From the NCBI GenBank assembly GCA_907165135.1, contig OU015570.1, positions 2,377,929 through 2,441,928 on the forward strand: a DNA stretch of 64,000 nucleotides, in the 5' to 3' direction. Below the pieces are notes generated by a model that worked only from the letters and a program-made list of their open reading frames with translations, did not search any database and was not told the origin of the DNA. The position numbers and the translations under genes were made by a program. The stretch is from Oikopleura dioica (lineage: Eukaryota; Animalia; Chordata). Of this stretch, positions 1 to 13,205 are shown piece by piece; position 1 is the first letter of the stretch, and the number at the start of each line of letters is the position of its first letter.

Positions 1-869
1 GTGTCTAGTTGAGAACAGTTCCAGTTTTATAGGGTGATAATTGTTAGGTGGCGCAGTGTAGAAAGTAATCAATCAACCGGTTTCACCTGTGAAACCGGTG
101 GTACAAGGAATACAGCGTCGCATTCATGTGTATTCACCCATGACTACGTATGAGACATGAAACGTAAGGTTTCCCGAAACCTTATATTTAAGGGGCTTGA
201 CAAAGGCATTTAACTCTGAGGTGATCAATCTCAGTTTTGTCCCCAACCACACCCACACCCGTTTGCATAAAAATGAAAATAATTCCTATTTCTTAGTTTG
301 TTATGGTTATCGTCTTAGAAATTTCTTTTTCTCATAACGAAAATTAAAATTTTTCAATAATTCTGAAAGAAATTATGAAAAATTATGAAAAAAAATTTTG
401 ATTTTAGGTGAATCGATCTCACCACCTCTTGCTTTTCAAGCGAGAGCGCTAACATTTGAGCCACCAAGGGAGGATCCTGGCAGTAATAAAAATCGCTAGG
501 CGGAGCTGACCAATCAGAGCGCACTTGGCTCTGCATTCAAATTTTCATTAAAGCCCTGAAAAGGGTTGAATCGGAGGTTTTCTGGAGAACCAGTGACCGG
601 AATTGAATTCCTTAGGGTCGAATTAGTGGAATCGTGAAGTTTCATTGAAATTAAATTTTTTGTCCTAATCATGCCGGACCCTACCTTGCATCGTCCGCGA
701 TTTTCGGATTTATGAGGATGAAGGCGTCCCTGAGAAATAGCTGATTAATTTATGCAATTTCTTGGCTTTGCACTCAGCTCAGATGTAAAAGTGCCAATGA
801 AATCAAAAACTGCCAAGAGTCGCGAATGTCTGTTGTTGTGGTCCCGTCACAACAAGAATGAAAATGTTT

Positions 870-941
870 TGGTAAGACTAGGAATCGAACCTAGGACTCT
901 AGCTACGTAGCGCGGTGTGTTAACCACTACATCCTCTCACC
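870..941 (-). tRNA. tRNA-like element (Arg-ACG-like loop), probably pseudo-tRNA or tRNA-derived repeat
   Basis: Minus strand reads GGTGAGA GG ATGT AGTGGTTA ACAC A CCGCG CTACGTA GCTAG AGTC CTAGG TTCGATT CCTAG TCTTACC A. Acceptor stem and T-arm pair well and A/B boxes are present, but the anticodon stem mostly fails to pair. TTTT follows a few nt downstream. Confidence 0.55.
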
Positions 942-1327
942 GGTTGTTTGCTATTTTAATTGGGATCTATGTCACATTTAGTCGATGACTTCACTGTGAA
1001 TTTCCGGAAGTGGAATTTACAGAAATTTTCGACAGAAAAAAACAGGCCTGGGACAAAGCCAAGCATTATGGCTTTGGGAAGTGAAGTGCCTTCCTTAATG
1101 TTGCGAGGCTGGATTGTTTATCATCTTGAAAGAATGAAGAGTATATTAAGTAAGAAATTTTGAAGGTCAAATACCTTCGTTTTCGTTTAAGTTTTGACGG
1201 CGGACGCACTTTCACGATGATTGATCCCTCCCGCATTTCACTGCGGAGACATGAAGGCTAAAATCTGGGTCCATCGAAGTCCCCAAATTTGCTCTTCATT
1301 TTGGCGCACGCGAGATAATCAGAAATA

Positions 1328-1723
1328 TAGTGAAAACTCAAAATTTGCCTATTCTAAATTTGGCCGGTTTTGATCAAAATTGGCTGAATTTTGAATCTGA
1401 AAAAGACTCAAAAATTGGCCGCTTTTCAAAAATTAAAAAATTTGCATCAAAATAGACCCAAATTATGGTCTTTCTGACCATTTTAAGCTATTTTGAAGCG
1501 TTTAAATCATCTAAAATAACTTTATTTTGATAAAAATGACTTAGAACAAGCAAAAAAATTGAATAAAATTCATCAAAAACGTGAAAATCATGCCCAAATT
1601 CGAAAATTTCGAAACTTTGCTTTTTTGAAGAGGAAGCTTGGCTACCCGGCAAAAAACTCAAAATTTGGCCGCTTTTTTCGGAAATTTGGATCTGAAAACC
1701 GGCCAATTTTTGAGTTTTCACTG
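1328..1723. mobile_element. MITE, Tc1/mariner-type (TA TSD)
   Basis: TIRs (T/C)AGTGAAAACTCAAAA...TTTTGAGTTTTCACTG flanked by TA on both sides; internal TTGGCCG subterminal repeats; no ORF. Confidence 0.8.
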
Positions 1724-2559
1724 TATCAAAACTCGAGGAAACTGCCAAAATCAATCTTGACGGCCCTTGCGAAATCGGATTGAGCTCGAATATGAAACTT
1801 TCGAAATTTCTTTTGACTTTCGCCTAATATCACGTGGCGTCAATCGCTACGCGTTGTTGTTCCCCTAATTCTCCCGTTTTTCGGATTTTTAGCCAGAGAT
1901 CTGGGTTACGTAGAGTACCAATTTTCACGCTTTCTTGAAGAAAATTGGCACCCTCGAAATTTCAAAAGTTTTGCCCTTTTGGCTTTTCCAAGGACGAAAT
2001 ATCGGCGTTTGAATTCCAAGTTTAGTAACACTATTTTGGTTTCGGCGCGATGCAAGAAAATTTTCCCAACTTCCGGCCTTGTTTTTTTTTAGAAATTTCA
2101 ACCCTTTGAAGAGTTATCAGTCGCGTCACATGCGAATGATAAACACGAGAATAATCTTAATTTTCTTTCTTCATTTAACGTTAATATTTCAGTATAAATG
2201 AATTTAGATAATGAAGTTCTTCCGTAATTACCTGACCCAAAACCTAACCCAGGGGGCTACGCCCCCCGGGACCCCCCCTAACTAATGCCGGGGTCTAGTC
2301 TAGGGTCCTGCGGTAACCCTCGCAAACCCTAGAGAACCCTAGCCTATCCCCCTCGTGTAAGTTTGTTCTGTCATTTATCCCAGTTTCCCTAACCCTAATT
2401 TATAGGAAATATTCAGTCAAGCCATGAGACAATCAAAATTTTCGCGACTGGAGCAACTGCAAGCGCTCAAGAAACAAGTCGAGCTATCACAGAATCTTTA
2501 TATTATGATTGAAGCAAATTCACAATGTTCCAACATTATTTCAGATACCCCCATACACA

Positions 2560-3462
2560 AGAAAAAAAGGATAAAACTTACCACAAAGGATGACATCTTG
2601 TGCAGGCCCGAGTTCCTTTATGATCTTGTCATCATAAATGATAAGAAATTTCGTTTCTTAATCTTGATGGAGAATTTTTCGTCCATTCACCAGCAAGTCT
2701 AAAGTATTTTTAAGATAAGGACTTTATATGATAGTCTATCATTGATAGATAATCAATCTTTAATTATTCTTGCGATCAATTTACCTTGTGGCTCAAAGAC
2801 AAAATCCGTTGGGTCTTTTATGTCGCCGCGCTCAGCTTGAATTTTTTTTGTGGTATCGAAGGAGGTTCGTGAATTTATCCTTTGTAGAGAAGAATTGGCA
2901 GTAGGCCTCTTCAGAATTCGTCTGCAGGATAAGACGGGAGACAAAATGTCGGATTTCTTCATCACGACGAAGCAAAACGCTAAATATAAATTAAACTTGT
3001 TTCTTGTTACTTTTTTTAACCAGCACATTTTCTCTCTGATGATATTTTTCGTTTGAATGATCATCTTTGATTTTCCATAGGAATGTCGACGCAAGAATGT
3101 TGTCCACTATGTTGAGTAATCGTGTAATTGAAAACATCGAACATTTTATCCGTATCACTACGAACAGTGATTCTATTCTCCGTTGTTATTCTTGTGATTC
3201 AATTTCTGGTTCTTGTCCTCTCATGAGTCACTTGCTTGATGAACTGTTCATTTGGAACAACTGTGTATCTGGCAGGACATTCTCTTCCTTCGACATTCTT
3301 CCCCTGGCAATTGTACAGCTGACTGTTTACAAGAGCAGCTGATCTCTGGAGAAAGAATTCTCTTTTATTTTCGAGTACCACAATGTTAGGAAAATTTTTC
3401 CGATTGTTTACAGTTATGTCAATTTCAGATATATTTATTGGATGCTCTTTGGGATCATCCAT
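2560..3462 (-). pseudogene. possible degenerate DNA-transposase fragment (FLYWCH/MULE-like)
   Basis: Broken minus-strand ORFs (3199-3462, 2753-3094) with YNCQGKNVEGRECPARYTV resembling a FLYWCH/WRKY-type finger; stops and frameshifts; catalytic core not clearly recognised. Confidence 0.25.
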
Positions 3463-4697
3463 TTTTAAAATGATGAAATTTGAAAGAATAAGAGGCTGAC
3501 AAGTGGATCCACTACGCTTTTTTGGTTTTGGAATGGATAAGGGGATTATTCAATCCGATTGCGCGAGCGCGCGAGAAAGAAAAATGAGTGTCCACTGAGA
3601 ATTTCGCTGGCCGAATTTTTCACCAGAATACTTTGTAAAATCTGACCAATTATTCGGTCAATTTGGCCGAATTTTTCATTCAGGATTATTGATAATTTTG
3701 ACGAATAACTCGGCTATGGTTGGCCGAATTTTGAGATCATAATACGAAAATTTTAATATAAGAGCTCTATCAGTATTTAAAAAAAAAAAAGCTGCTTTGA
3801 TTTGCGTTCGATCCCTAATCCAAGACTTCGGTTCTGATGATGGAATTTTTGCTGTTCAGAAAAGCCACTGCAAATAAAAAAAAGTCGTTTTTTTGTCAAT
3901 TGATATATTTGACTCCTAATTTTATTGTCGAACTTTATCTCAAAAGAACTGTTTCTCGTCAAAATCTTTATTTTTGTTTAGATTAACGGCTTAAGATTCC
4001 TTCTCGAGTTTTAACTGTAACAGATTTTTCCTCCTTTTGTGGACATTTTCTTTATTTAAAGAGGTCCATTTAATAAGTTTTTTTTTCTTTAGGTTTCGCT
4101 CTCTTTCTGTCAATATTAGATGGTATAAAGATTCTTGTTGGTAGACGTAATTTTCTACATATAAAATCGATTATTTATCATGTAATATTTTTAATTCTTG
4201 CCCTTTGCATCCCGTATGCGGGTGAGGGCCGGATTAAAATTTTGTAAAGAAAGAGTCATTTTTGTAAAGACTCATTCACGCCGTCAACGCGTGGTTTGTT
4301 CTTGAAATTATCTCAACTTAAAAAAATACAGCCGGAACAGTAGAAATGTACATTGGTGTGGGTGATACGTATAGAGTCGCATAAAAAACTTCTTCTTGTC
4401 CTATTTTTCGTATTTTATGTTTATGTTATCGTGCCCTGCCTTATTGATTTATGATATTGACTGATTAACTTGACCTGTTTCGGTACTCAGTGATGCTGGA
4501 AGTGACGCACCCGCTGGACTGAGTTTCCGCCTGACCTATTTGCACCTGATCCCCAATAACGCGAGTCACATGTTTTACATTTTATAACTTATAAATTATA
4601 AGGTGCAATTTTCCTGTGAAAATCATTCAAAATAAACGAAATCACTCTCCGAGTTTTCGCCTAAGATTCTGTCAAGAGTGCAGCTTTATTTTGTATC

Positions 4698-5548
4698 ATG
4701 GTGAACATCAATAAGCACCCAATCGATGTTCTTCAGAATTTCGAAGACAATTTCCTGATGAAGGAACCGACGATCAAGACAACAAAAAGAGAGATCCGAG
4801 ATATAAAAGAAGATTTTGAAAGAGCCCTTATGAGAATGCGTCTTGCTTTCAATTTCTGCCTTACGAATTGCGGACTCGACGAAGACACACCAGCTTAGAA
4901 AGCCGAAAAAGAGCAGTATCACAGTCCTTTCAAAGAAACAAGAAAAGAACTCTGCATGTCTCTTCTAACCCCGGAGTTAAAGCGTAAGTACTACGCTGAA
5001 CTTCGGTGAATTACAGGATCTAAGGAATTTTTCGGTTTAATCGACGAAGTTTTTGGAAAATTCTCTGATAAAGACTAAACCAGAGATACTGAGCGACAAC
5101 TTCAAGAGATCTGCAGAAATTCAGAAGAAGAAGAGACGTTCACACGGTATTACAAAAACATCGAGCGACTGGCGAAGGAAGCCAGCGAAAACTGCGCCAA
5201 TCTTCAAAAATATTTCACCTCAGAGGCCTTCAACAGATGCTTAAAACCAGAACTGAAGCGCTCTTTGTTGGATCAAGGGATGCACGACCAAGACTCGAAC
5301 AGTACCGCTGAATACCTCGATAAGAAGCTAAAATACAAAAATAAAGCTGAAGTTCGTGTCATCTAAACACAAGATATTCTTCTTGAAGAAAAGCTGAACG
5401 CACTCAAGGACCGATTTGCGACCATACCACATATGATCCAAAGCTCAATGGAAAATTCCCTTACAACCCTCATAAAAAACAAAATTGATTGTCTGGAGCA
5501 AGAACTGGCTGAAATCAAAAGAATTGGTCGCCGAGACAATGAGAGATA
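4698..5548 (+). pseudogene. gag: degenerate gag of a Ty3/gypsy-like LTR retrotransposon
   Basis: Interrupted ORFs 4698-4898 and 5053-5244 lie upstream of recognisable protease/RT/RNase H/integrase remnants on the same strand; multiple stops. Confidence 0.5.
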
Positions 5549-6240
5549 CAGTGATAACCTATTTTAAGGCCCACCATTTTTAGGCCATTTTTTTTGAAAA
5601 AATCCGAAAATTTGTCATCCTCAAAAAGTCCATTCTAAGGCCACTTTTGATGGTTATTTTTTCCAAATTCGAAAAAACAGTTTTACCGCTAATTTAAGCG
5701 AAGAAATGAGGTTTCTTCATCGCTATCAGGATAAGATTCAGCCCGAAATAATCAGAACTACAGTTGGTCCTCGATTGATTCGAGAATCTTGCGTTGCAAC
5801 TGTACGCTTTAAATCTTTATAAGAACTTTAAAGTGCAGCCAATTTAAATAGAATTTCAAATTTAAGATTTCTGTTCTTCTGTGGAGAATCAGTTGGAATT
5901 TTCTTAACTTCGAATAGCAAAAATCATTCAATGATTTGTCTTTTGACCGAAGAGGTTCTCACGTATTAGAAATTTTATTTGTCTTACTACAACATCAACA
6001 GTCTTTCAATTTAAGGATCAAAGCTGATCTTTCGATTCGAAATCTTAATATACTCTTCTTTCTTCCTTGTGGCTGCTTCTGAACGAGTTAAGCAGGCCAA
6101 AGGCGAGAATTTTCAGTAAATCCTGTTTAATGCCGAACAAAAAAAAATAAAAAATCATTGAACTCTAGCTCAGCCCGAAAAATGTTCGTTTTAAGGCCAC
6201 TTTTGAGATTCGCTGTCATCCAAAAATCGGCCATATAAAT
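5549..6240. mobile_element. truncated MITE/non-autonomous TA-targeting DNA element between gag and pol
   Basis: Starts TA|CAGTGATAACCTATTTTAAGGCCC, like the ends at 10514, 12381 and 14022; shares TTAAGGCCACTTTT and TGTCATCC motifs; right end not clear. Confidence 0.5.
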
Positions 6241-6261
6241 ATATATATAATTTAAATAAAG

Positions 6262-9175
6262 AAAGTTCTTGGACACCGGAGCTTCAACTGCCGCGGAACC
6301 AAGCTGACTTGTAATATTTGCCACGAAGTAGGACACATCCAAGCTCCATCCTCGTCAATTCGTGCCTTCCAATTTCATGAAAACTCTCACGCCCGCGCCA
6401 TTTCAATTGGAATTATACAACGAATCAACAATTTAAGTCTTTGGCTACCTCCAAGCGGATCTTCGCATTGGTTCAATCAACCTTAAAAACTGTATTTTTC
6501 AAATAGTGGTAAACTTCTGCTCACCAATTCTTGGAACACCCGAACTGTCTGAAAGTGGAATCATCATCGATGTCCAAATAGCTCTTCTTATCAAGAACGA
6601 CAAATCTGAAATGATGACAGTCTCCGGACAAAAGTCGAAATTCGCCGGACTCAAGGTCGTCAAAAAGTCATCATACTTCCAAACCGCAGCACACTCACTC
6701 TCGTCTCAAGCCATCCCCGCGAAAACCTTAACAACAATCAACTTAAATCTTTCTGCATTTCCATCCAGTACCTTTTATGATGTCCCCGAAAATGTTTCCA
6801 GAAATAAAACTATGAAATTAACGATCAAGTCATAACTTGGGTTTTTCACGGGAGCGCACGGAGGCCCGAGCGCATCTCGGCCACCATTTTCATGCTGATA
6901 ATATCCCCGTTATTTTGTATGAAATTAACAAAAGATATAAAATCGAGGTCGGAGATTAATATTTCAATATTGAATTTTAAATTTATGTTAAAGAACGGCG
7001 GAAAACGAGCGATTAAAGTGAAAATTCTTCTCTCTTGCATCGGCTGAACTCATCTACACACTCGATTTTCGGATATGTTAAATAATTATAACATCTCATC
7101 CATCTCTGACAATTCTGAATGCTAGGATCAACAAGTGACAACCCTAGTCAAAACAATTTATCGGAAATGAAGTCAGCAAGAATCCAAATCGCAAACAATT
7201 CAGATTCACCTTTAATCGTCGGAAAGGGTGAAATAAAACAAATGCTGTCATCAAAATCTGCAAAAAGCGGAAAACTCAGGCAGATATTGGAGGAGCTTTT
7301 AATAGGCGATCTTCCAATGGTTATCAAACAAAAACTGCATGCTATCATTGCAAATTTCGAAGACACGTTTGCTTTTGAAGATGAAAAACTAGGATCAACG
7401 GACGCATTGGAATACAATATTGACACTGTTACAGCAGCCCCGACAGCTTCCCAAAGATATAGAACCCCGTACTACTTGCGTTACGAAATGAAGAAGATCA
7501 TTGAGTCCAACCTTAACACAGGCCTCCTTGTTCCATGCTCAAGTCCCTGCGCAGCACCTGTTTTGCTCGTGAAAAAGCCGAACAGAAAATGGCGTTAAGT
7601 TTGCGACGATAGAAAACTAAACTCGGTGACGATATCAATCAATTATCCACTCCAAAAAATAGACTTCTTGATCGATCAAATGTCAAATTCGCGTGTTTTC
7701 TTGACAGCGGATTTATTATCTGGTTTTCATCAAATTCCATGCTCTGAAGAAACGATGCAGAAAGTTGCGATTACCACTGACTTTGGCCAATATGCATGAA
7801 CTAAAATGCCGATGGGCGGTAAGAATGCTCCTGCTGTGTTTCAACGAATGATTGACAAGATCTTAAATCATATCCGTCCTTCTGAGCTTGTCATCTACAA
7901 AGATTATCTCTGCTTTCACTAAAAGACGTTTGAAGGAAGCCTACGAACACTGAAAAAAGTATTCAAGACGCTAAGGAAAACAACCTGAAGATAAGAGCCG
8001 CGAAAACAGAATTAATGAAAACATCCGTCAAATTTCGCGGAGCAATCATTGAAAACGGTTTTCGACGGAAAAATACAGATAAAGTCAAGGCAGTTCTCGA
8101 ACTACGACATCTTTCGAACAGAAAAGAAGCCCAGAGTATTTTTAGTCTTCTTAACTATCACAGAAAATTTATCCCACGTTTTGCAACCAAGTGAGCTCAA
8201 ATCACATTGGCTACAAAGAACGGGTTCAAATGGACGTCTCGAGCCGCTCAAGCTCTAGAGTGATTTATATAAGAGATTCCAACGAAAATCGACAAATTGA
8301 AAATCCCGACACCAAATGATGGACAATTTGCTGTAGAAACCGATGCAAGCGACATTGGTCTTGGAGTAGTACTATCCTACCGGAAAGGCAAAGCGGAAGA
8401 TTTCTTATCAGTTGCACATCTATCCCAGAAATTTAACGAGGGACAGAAGAATTACAACACTAACGAGAAAGAATTGCTGGCGGGGAAAAGAGCCTTCGCA
8501 AAATGGCCTCATTACCTCCTTGGACGCTCCTTCATTTGATTCACAGATAATTCGTGTGTGAACTGGGCTCACCGAATCAAAAAGAGAAACTCAAAAATAG
8601 CAAAATGGCTTGCTAAAATTTGGGATTTTGACTTCAAGACAATCCTAAAGCCATCAAAGAATATGGTGATTTCTGATCGCCTTTCTCGACAAATTTCAAT
8701 GGTCAAAGCAATAGTCTCTACTATAAAAGCGTCGGAGATAAAGGCGCTCCAAGAAGTGGAACCTTTTTTTATGACATAAGAAGGTATCATCAGCTTTATA
8801 GATGGCCTCACGTTCGATAAATAAACTGAAGTTTTTCTACAAAGAAAAAGATTACCTCTTTTTTGGTCAAAACCATGTTATAGGAATGGTGAAGAACGGT
8901 TTTTAAGTTATTCCTGCAGAAGCACTTGTTCCCGACATGATCAAGGAATACAGTGAAAACTCAAAAATTGGCCGGTTTTCAGATCCAAATTTCCGAAAAA
9001 AGCGGCCAATTTTTGAGCCTTTTTCAGATTCAAAATTCAGCCAATTTCGATCAAAACCGGCCAAATTTAGAGTAGGCAAATTTTGAGTTTTCACTGTACC
9101 ATGATAATAACGGACATCCAGGAATTGCGCAGACTTTGACGGAGATACAGGCCAATTTTAATAAGGAATCCAAAT
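6262..9175 (+). pseudogene. pol: degenerate gypsy pol (PR-RT-RNaseH-IN order)
   Basis: Protease FLDTGAS (about 6265). RT: SPCAAPVLLVKKPNRKWR, DLLSGFHQI, MPMGGKNAPAVFQRMI. RNase H: FAVETDASDIGLGVVL, NYNTNEKELLA, ISDRLSR. Integrase zinc finger: EYHDNNGHPGIAQT. Many stops and frameshifts. Confidence 0.9.
8951..9096. mobile_element. 146-bp MITE, internally deleted and inverted relative of 1328-1723
   Basis: Perfect TIRs CAGTGAAAACTCAAAA / TTTTGAGTTTTCACTG with TA TSD; removal restores GAA TAC CAT GAT (EYHD) of the integrase. Confidence 0.9.
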
Positions 9176-9521
9176 TCCAAATCCTAACCTCCCATGTTTT
9201 TATGCTCGTTGGAAAGAGCGAAAAAAGTTACGTCAGAAAACATTAGTTTGACTGGCTGAGTCATCATTAATGACATCATGGCGGTTGGTGAACAAACATT
9301 TTTTTTTATTTAAAAAACGAGTCAATTATTTTTGCAAAATTCTGCATAAAAATATGCGGTTCTACCGAAGAGAGAAGAATTTTTGGTCCCGGTTGTAGAT
9401 CCGCGCTGATTGATCGGCGCTTTAAGAGAAATAAAAAATTTTTTAAAATTAAAAAAGAGATGACACACGAAATAATCGAACTCATCCCTGTCAGTAAATA
9501 TTTATTTTCTTTTTAAAATTT

Positions 9522-9812
9522 TCATCTAAGTGAATCATCATTTACACATTCTTCATCATTGTTGTCGTCTCCATTGTAAGAGATTGATCTATCTCTTTTT
9601 CTGAACTTACTTGTGGTTAGCTGTCCGTAATCGCTGCTAAGTCTGTCGCGCTTCCGTTTATTTTCATTTCTGTTGCTTGGGGGGCGAGCTGAGGTTCCCT
9701 GTCGAGATGTTACCTGACTTGGTTTTTCCTGTCTTGTAGTTGGTCGTGAAGGGGTATTCTCTTTGTTATTAGGTGTTCCAGGGCCACCAGAAGTCATTTC
9801 AGGAGAAGCCAT
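9522..9812 (-). CDS. hypothetical basic/disordered ORF fragment
   Basis: 96-codon ORF rich in S/T/R/K with an NLS-like KRKRDR; no recognisable domain. Confidence 0.25.
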   Translation of the reverse strand: MASPEMTSGGPGTPNNKENTPSRPTTRQEKPSQVTSRQGTSARPPSNRNENKRKRDRLSSDYGQLTTSKFRKRDRSISYNGDDNNDEECVNDDSLR

Positions 9813-10513
9813 TTGATCTCGTTGGCGATCGAAATCGTTAACAGCTTATGCAATCGATTGAGTTTGCTGATTTTAAAGAACTCTTTCGCGAAGTGGCGAG
9901 CGGAAGTCAAGAGCGCGATTGACGTTATTTCGGCTTTGAGCTGGCACATTCTCTCGCTGAAATAATTGAGAGACAAATAAAAAAAATTAAACTACCCATC
10001 TAGAGGAAAATATTCCCTTTCGACCAAATAATGCTCTCGGGTAATGCACAGGATTGCACGTATCATCAAGTTCTCTTATCAGTCGAATATTTATATCAAT
10101 AAACATAAGAAGAATAACCTGTCAAAAACACACCAGTCTCTTTCCATTTGAGACCAAACGAGATGATGCGTCGAGGAATACAAAAGAAAAGCCTTTACAG
10201 TATTGTAGATATGACGTCCTCTCTGAAAGGCAGTTTTATAAGCGATTCTACTCTCTAGTATCTGATCAACTTGTATTTTGGAATTGATTTTCGGCAAGTC
10301 CTAGAGTTTGAGGAGCAAACATTTATTCTCATCTGCGTTTTCAGCTTTCTGAAAGACACCCTGGACGGTGAGTAAAAATAAAGAAGGATTTGTTTCATTT
10401 TGTGGTTTGATAAATTGAGAATCGTATTTATAGGGAAGATTTATTTAATTATTGTCATAAGATAATCTAACTGATCATAGGATCGATTCTGAATCCCGAG
10501 GATGTCTTATCTA

Positions 10514-11081
10514 CAGTGAAACCCCAACTTAAGGCCCAGCAACTTAAGGCCACTTTTTTGAAATACCCCCAAAATCTGTCATCCGAAAAAAGTTATTAAA
10601 AATTAATAAGGCTTTCATCAATCTCATGATGACGTCGCATTCTGTTGCCTTTAGAAAAAGCTCCGCGCTTACATTAAAGATTTCGTCGTTGAACATGATC
10701 ACTTGAACATCAAAGAAGAAGATCTCGTGAATCAGGCGAACGAAATCTTCATGAACATGAACCCTGCAATCTTCAAGCGATCATAGCTCAACACAGGACT
10801 ACTTTAAGAGGATGATTTTGAAGAAAAATCGAGCAGTTTGAAGATCTGGAGAAAAAGTTCTGGAGAAACAAGAGGAAAAATTGGTCGACACACAACACGT
10901 CCTTCAACTTGCACCGACGCTGATGAGCCATTGACTTCATAATGGCTGGAGACGCAGTCGAATAAAACTAGCTTTTTAAAGTGAAACTTTCGGATTTTGA
11001 ATAACAATTAAAAAAAAGTGGCCTTAAAATGGATTTTTCTAGGATTACAGATTTTGGGGATTTTAAAAGTGCTTCACACTG
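10514..11081. mobile_element. non-autonomous TA-targeting DNA element (CAGTGAAA TIR family)
   Basis: TA|CAGTGAAACCCCAACTTAAGGCCC ... CTTCACACTG|TA; internal sequence is related to 11957-12381 and 14022-14407. Confidence 0.6.
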
Positions 11082-11646
11082 TAACCGTCATTTATCGAAA
11101 CCGTCATAGATTGACCGAATAATTTCACATAGACACAGAAGATATAAAGAAGAAGAATCTGTGGGGGGTCTCTCTAGTCCACTAGTACTCTATGAGTCCT
11201 AGTTGTTGGCGCTGCACTTGCTGTCGCTTCTTCGGGTACTGCTGGTTTCTGCTGGATAAAAGAGAGTCAGGTTGTTTTTTGTCGGTTTTATTCTACTGAA
11301 TTATAATAATGAACTAACAGCAAGGTGCACGCTTTATATAGTACAGAAAAGGGAAAATAAGAACAGTCGAGAAGCTCCTTGATCGGGATAGATGAATCTT
11401 CAAGCTTCTTAGAACAGTGATGGAATATTCGAGTAGATTCTCCAAATGATGTTATCCTTCGTAATCGTGAGTCATAGTGAGTAAGGGTGTCCAGAATGTT
11501 CCAGGACCTTCATCGACTGAAGTCGATCCTCAGTCACTGATGAATCAGGATGAGATCTCAAGTTTTGTGCTCACCATAGGTGGCGCAACTGAGCCACCAC
11601 TAGAGGTCACTAGAGAGCTATTCCTGAGTGTCCACTAGGTGGGGCG

Positions 11647-11956
11647 CGAGAGCTGACGCTAGATGGGGCGCGAGAGCATGCACCATGTGGCGCTGTTACA
11701 AGTGAGCATTAGCTCAGTTATGCTCTTGTAAGGTATATGAATGGATGTACACTTATAGCAATGATTTAGAGGTGAACCGGAAGTGAACCGGAAGTCACCT
11801 GACGTCACCGGAAGTGAACCGGAAGTTACCGAAAGTAACCAGAAATGATCACAGGCATTTGCTACGGGCAAGAGCAACTCTTGCCTAGCATTTTCACTCA
11901 ATTAGCGCCCTCCGGCGACAAAACACCGGGAAAGTCTCTGTTACTGAGAACAGGAT
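11647..11956 (+). repeat. about 300-bp direct repeat, copy 1 (partial LTR-like)
   Basis: Near-identical to 12824-13123 apart from a 10-bp indel and a few substitutions; contains a TGTTACA start and the CCGGAAGT/TGACGTCA cluster. Confidence 0.9.
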
Positions 11957-12381
11957 CATGGATCAACAAAGGACTACTTCAAAAGAATTATTTTCGAGAA
12001 GAAATCGAGCAGTTTGAAGATCTCGATACTGCAGAAAATATTCTGGACAAACAAGAATTAGTCGAGCATTTTCTGGCGCTTCAAATGGAAGAGCTACGAC
12101 TCGGCGAGTCGTAGCTCCCCGCTTCAAATTGATGAAACACGTCCTTGGACTCCGATGGAGATGGAAGAAATGCTTCAAGTTCAAGTGACAAACAATGCTG
12201 ACACTGAATTTTTAGCCATCGACTTCAAGATGGCCGAAGACACGGTCGATGATAACTAGCTTTTACAAGCGAAACTGTTACTTTCAGATTAAAAAAAAGT
12301 GGATTTTTTAGGATGACAGATTTTGGAGATTTTCCGAAAAAGTGGCCTTAAAAGGGTGGGCCTTAAAATGGGTTTTCACTG
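11957..12381. mobile_element. 3' part of a CAGTGAAA-family element
   Basis: Ends GGGCCTTAAAATGGGTTTTCACTG|TA; its first about 180 bp duplicate 14228-14407. Confidence 0.65.
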
Positions 12382-12870
12382 TAACTTATACGTAGGGATT
12401 CTCACGAAAAAATTGCGCGCGGCGCGGCGCTCTGCACTCAAAATTGTCAAATGATATTCTGATATTTTCAGTACAATTTGAGCGCAAAACATTTCGAGCT
12501 TACTGCAATGATGACGTTTATTCATTATCTGCTTTCTAAAAATAGTTTTTTGGCCAAAATACCCTAGAAATAAGCAAAATTCACACAAAACACGATTTTT
12601 CTATGCGCAAACAAGCTTATAAATTTGTGATTTTTAGAGATGTAATAAAATAGACCCTATGCCAGTATCACTCAAATTTTGAAGAATATGGATTGACTAG
12701 AATTTTCCAAAACTACCTGTTGACTGACCAAGGTTGTCGCCGCGGGGTGAGCGCGGCCCGGAAATGAGTTTCTCTTACTTATCAACCCCCAAACAAACTT
12801 AAAAAACGCTGAATTTTGGCGCTCGAGAGCTGACACTAGGTGGGGCGCGAGAGCATGCACCAGGTGGCGC

Positions 12871-13205
12871 TGTTACAAGTGAGCATTAGCTCAGTTATGC
12901 TCTTGTAAGGTATATGAATGGATGTACACTTATAGCAATGATTTAGAGGTGAACCGGAAGTGAACCGGAAGTCACCTGACGTCACCGGAAGTGAACCGGA
13001 AGTAACCAGAAATGATCACAGGCATTTGCTACGGGCAAGAGCAACTCTTGCCTAGCATTTTCACTCAATTAGCGCCCTCCGGCGACCAAACACCGGGAAA
13101 GTCTCTGTTACTGAGAACAGGATACTGCTCTCTCCACTCAGACACTATTGTAAGGGATATTCTCCCTTACAGAAGACCCGAGACAATTACATGGGAACCT
13201 CGACA
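12871..13205 (+). repeat. putative LTR (TGT...ACA) followed by a TGG PBS-like start and a decayed coding region
   Basis: TGTTACAAG...CCTCGACA, then T-TGGTCCGGACG at 13207; internal perfect hairpin TGTAAGGGA-TATTC-TCCCTTACA; decayed ORF-like sequence to about 14000. Confidence 0.45.

Noticed and set aside
1-210. Possible LTR end (...CTTGACA) at the window start
   Set aside because: No TGG PBS, PPT or second copy is visible in the window.
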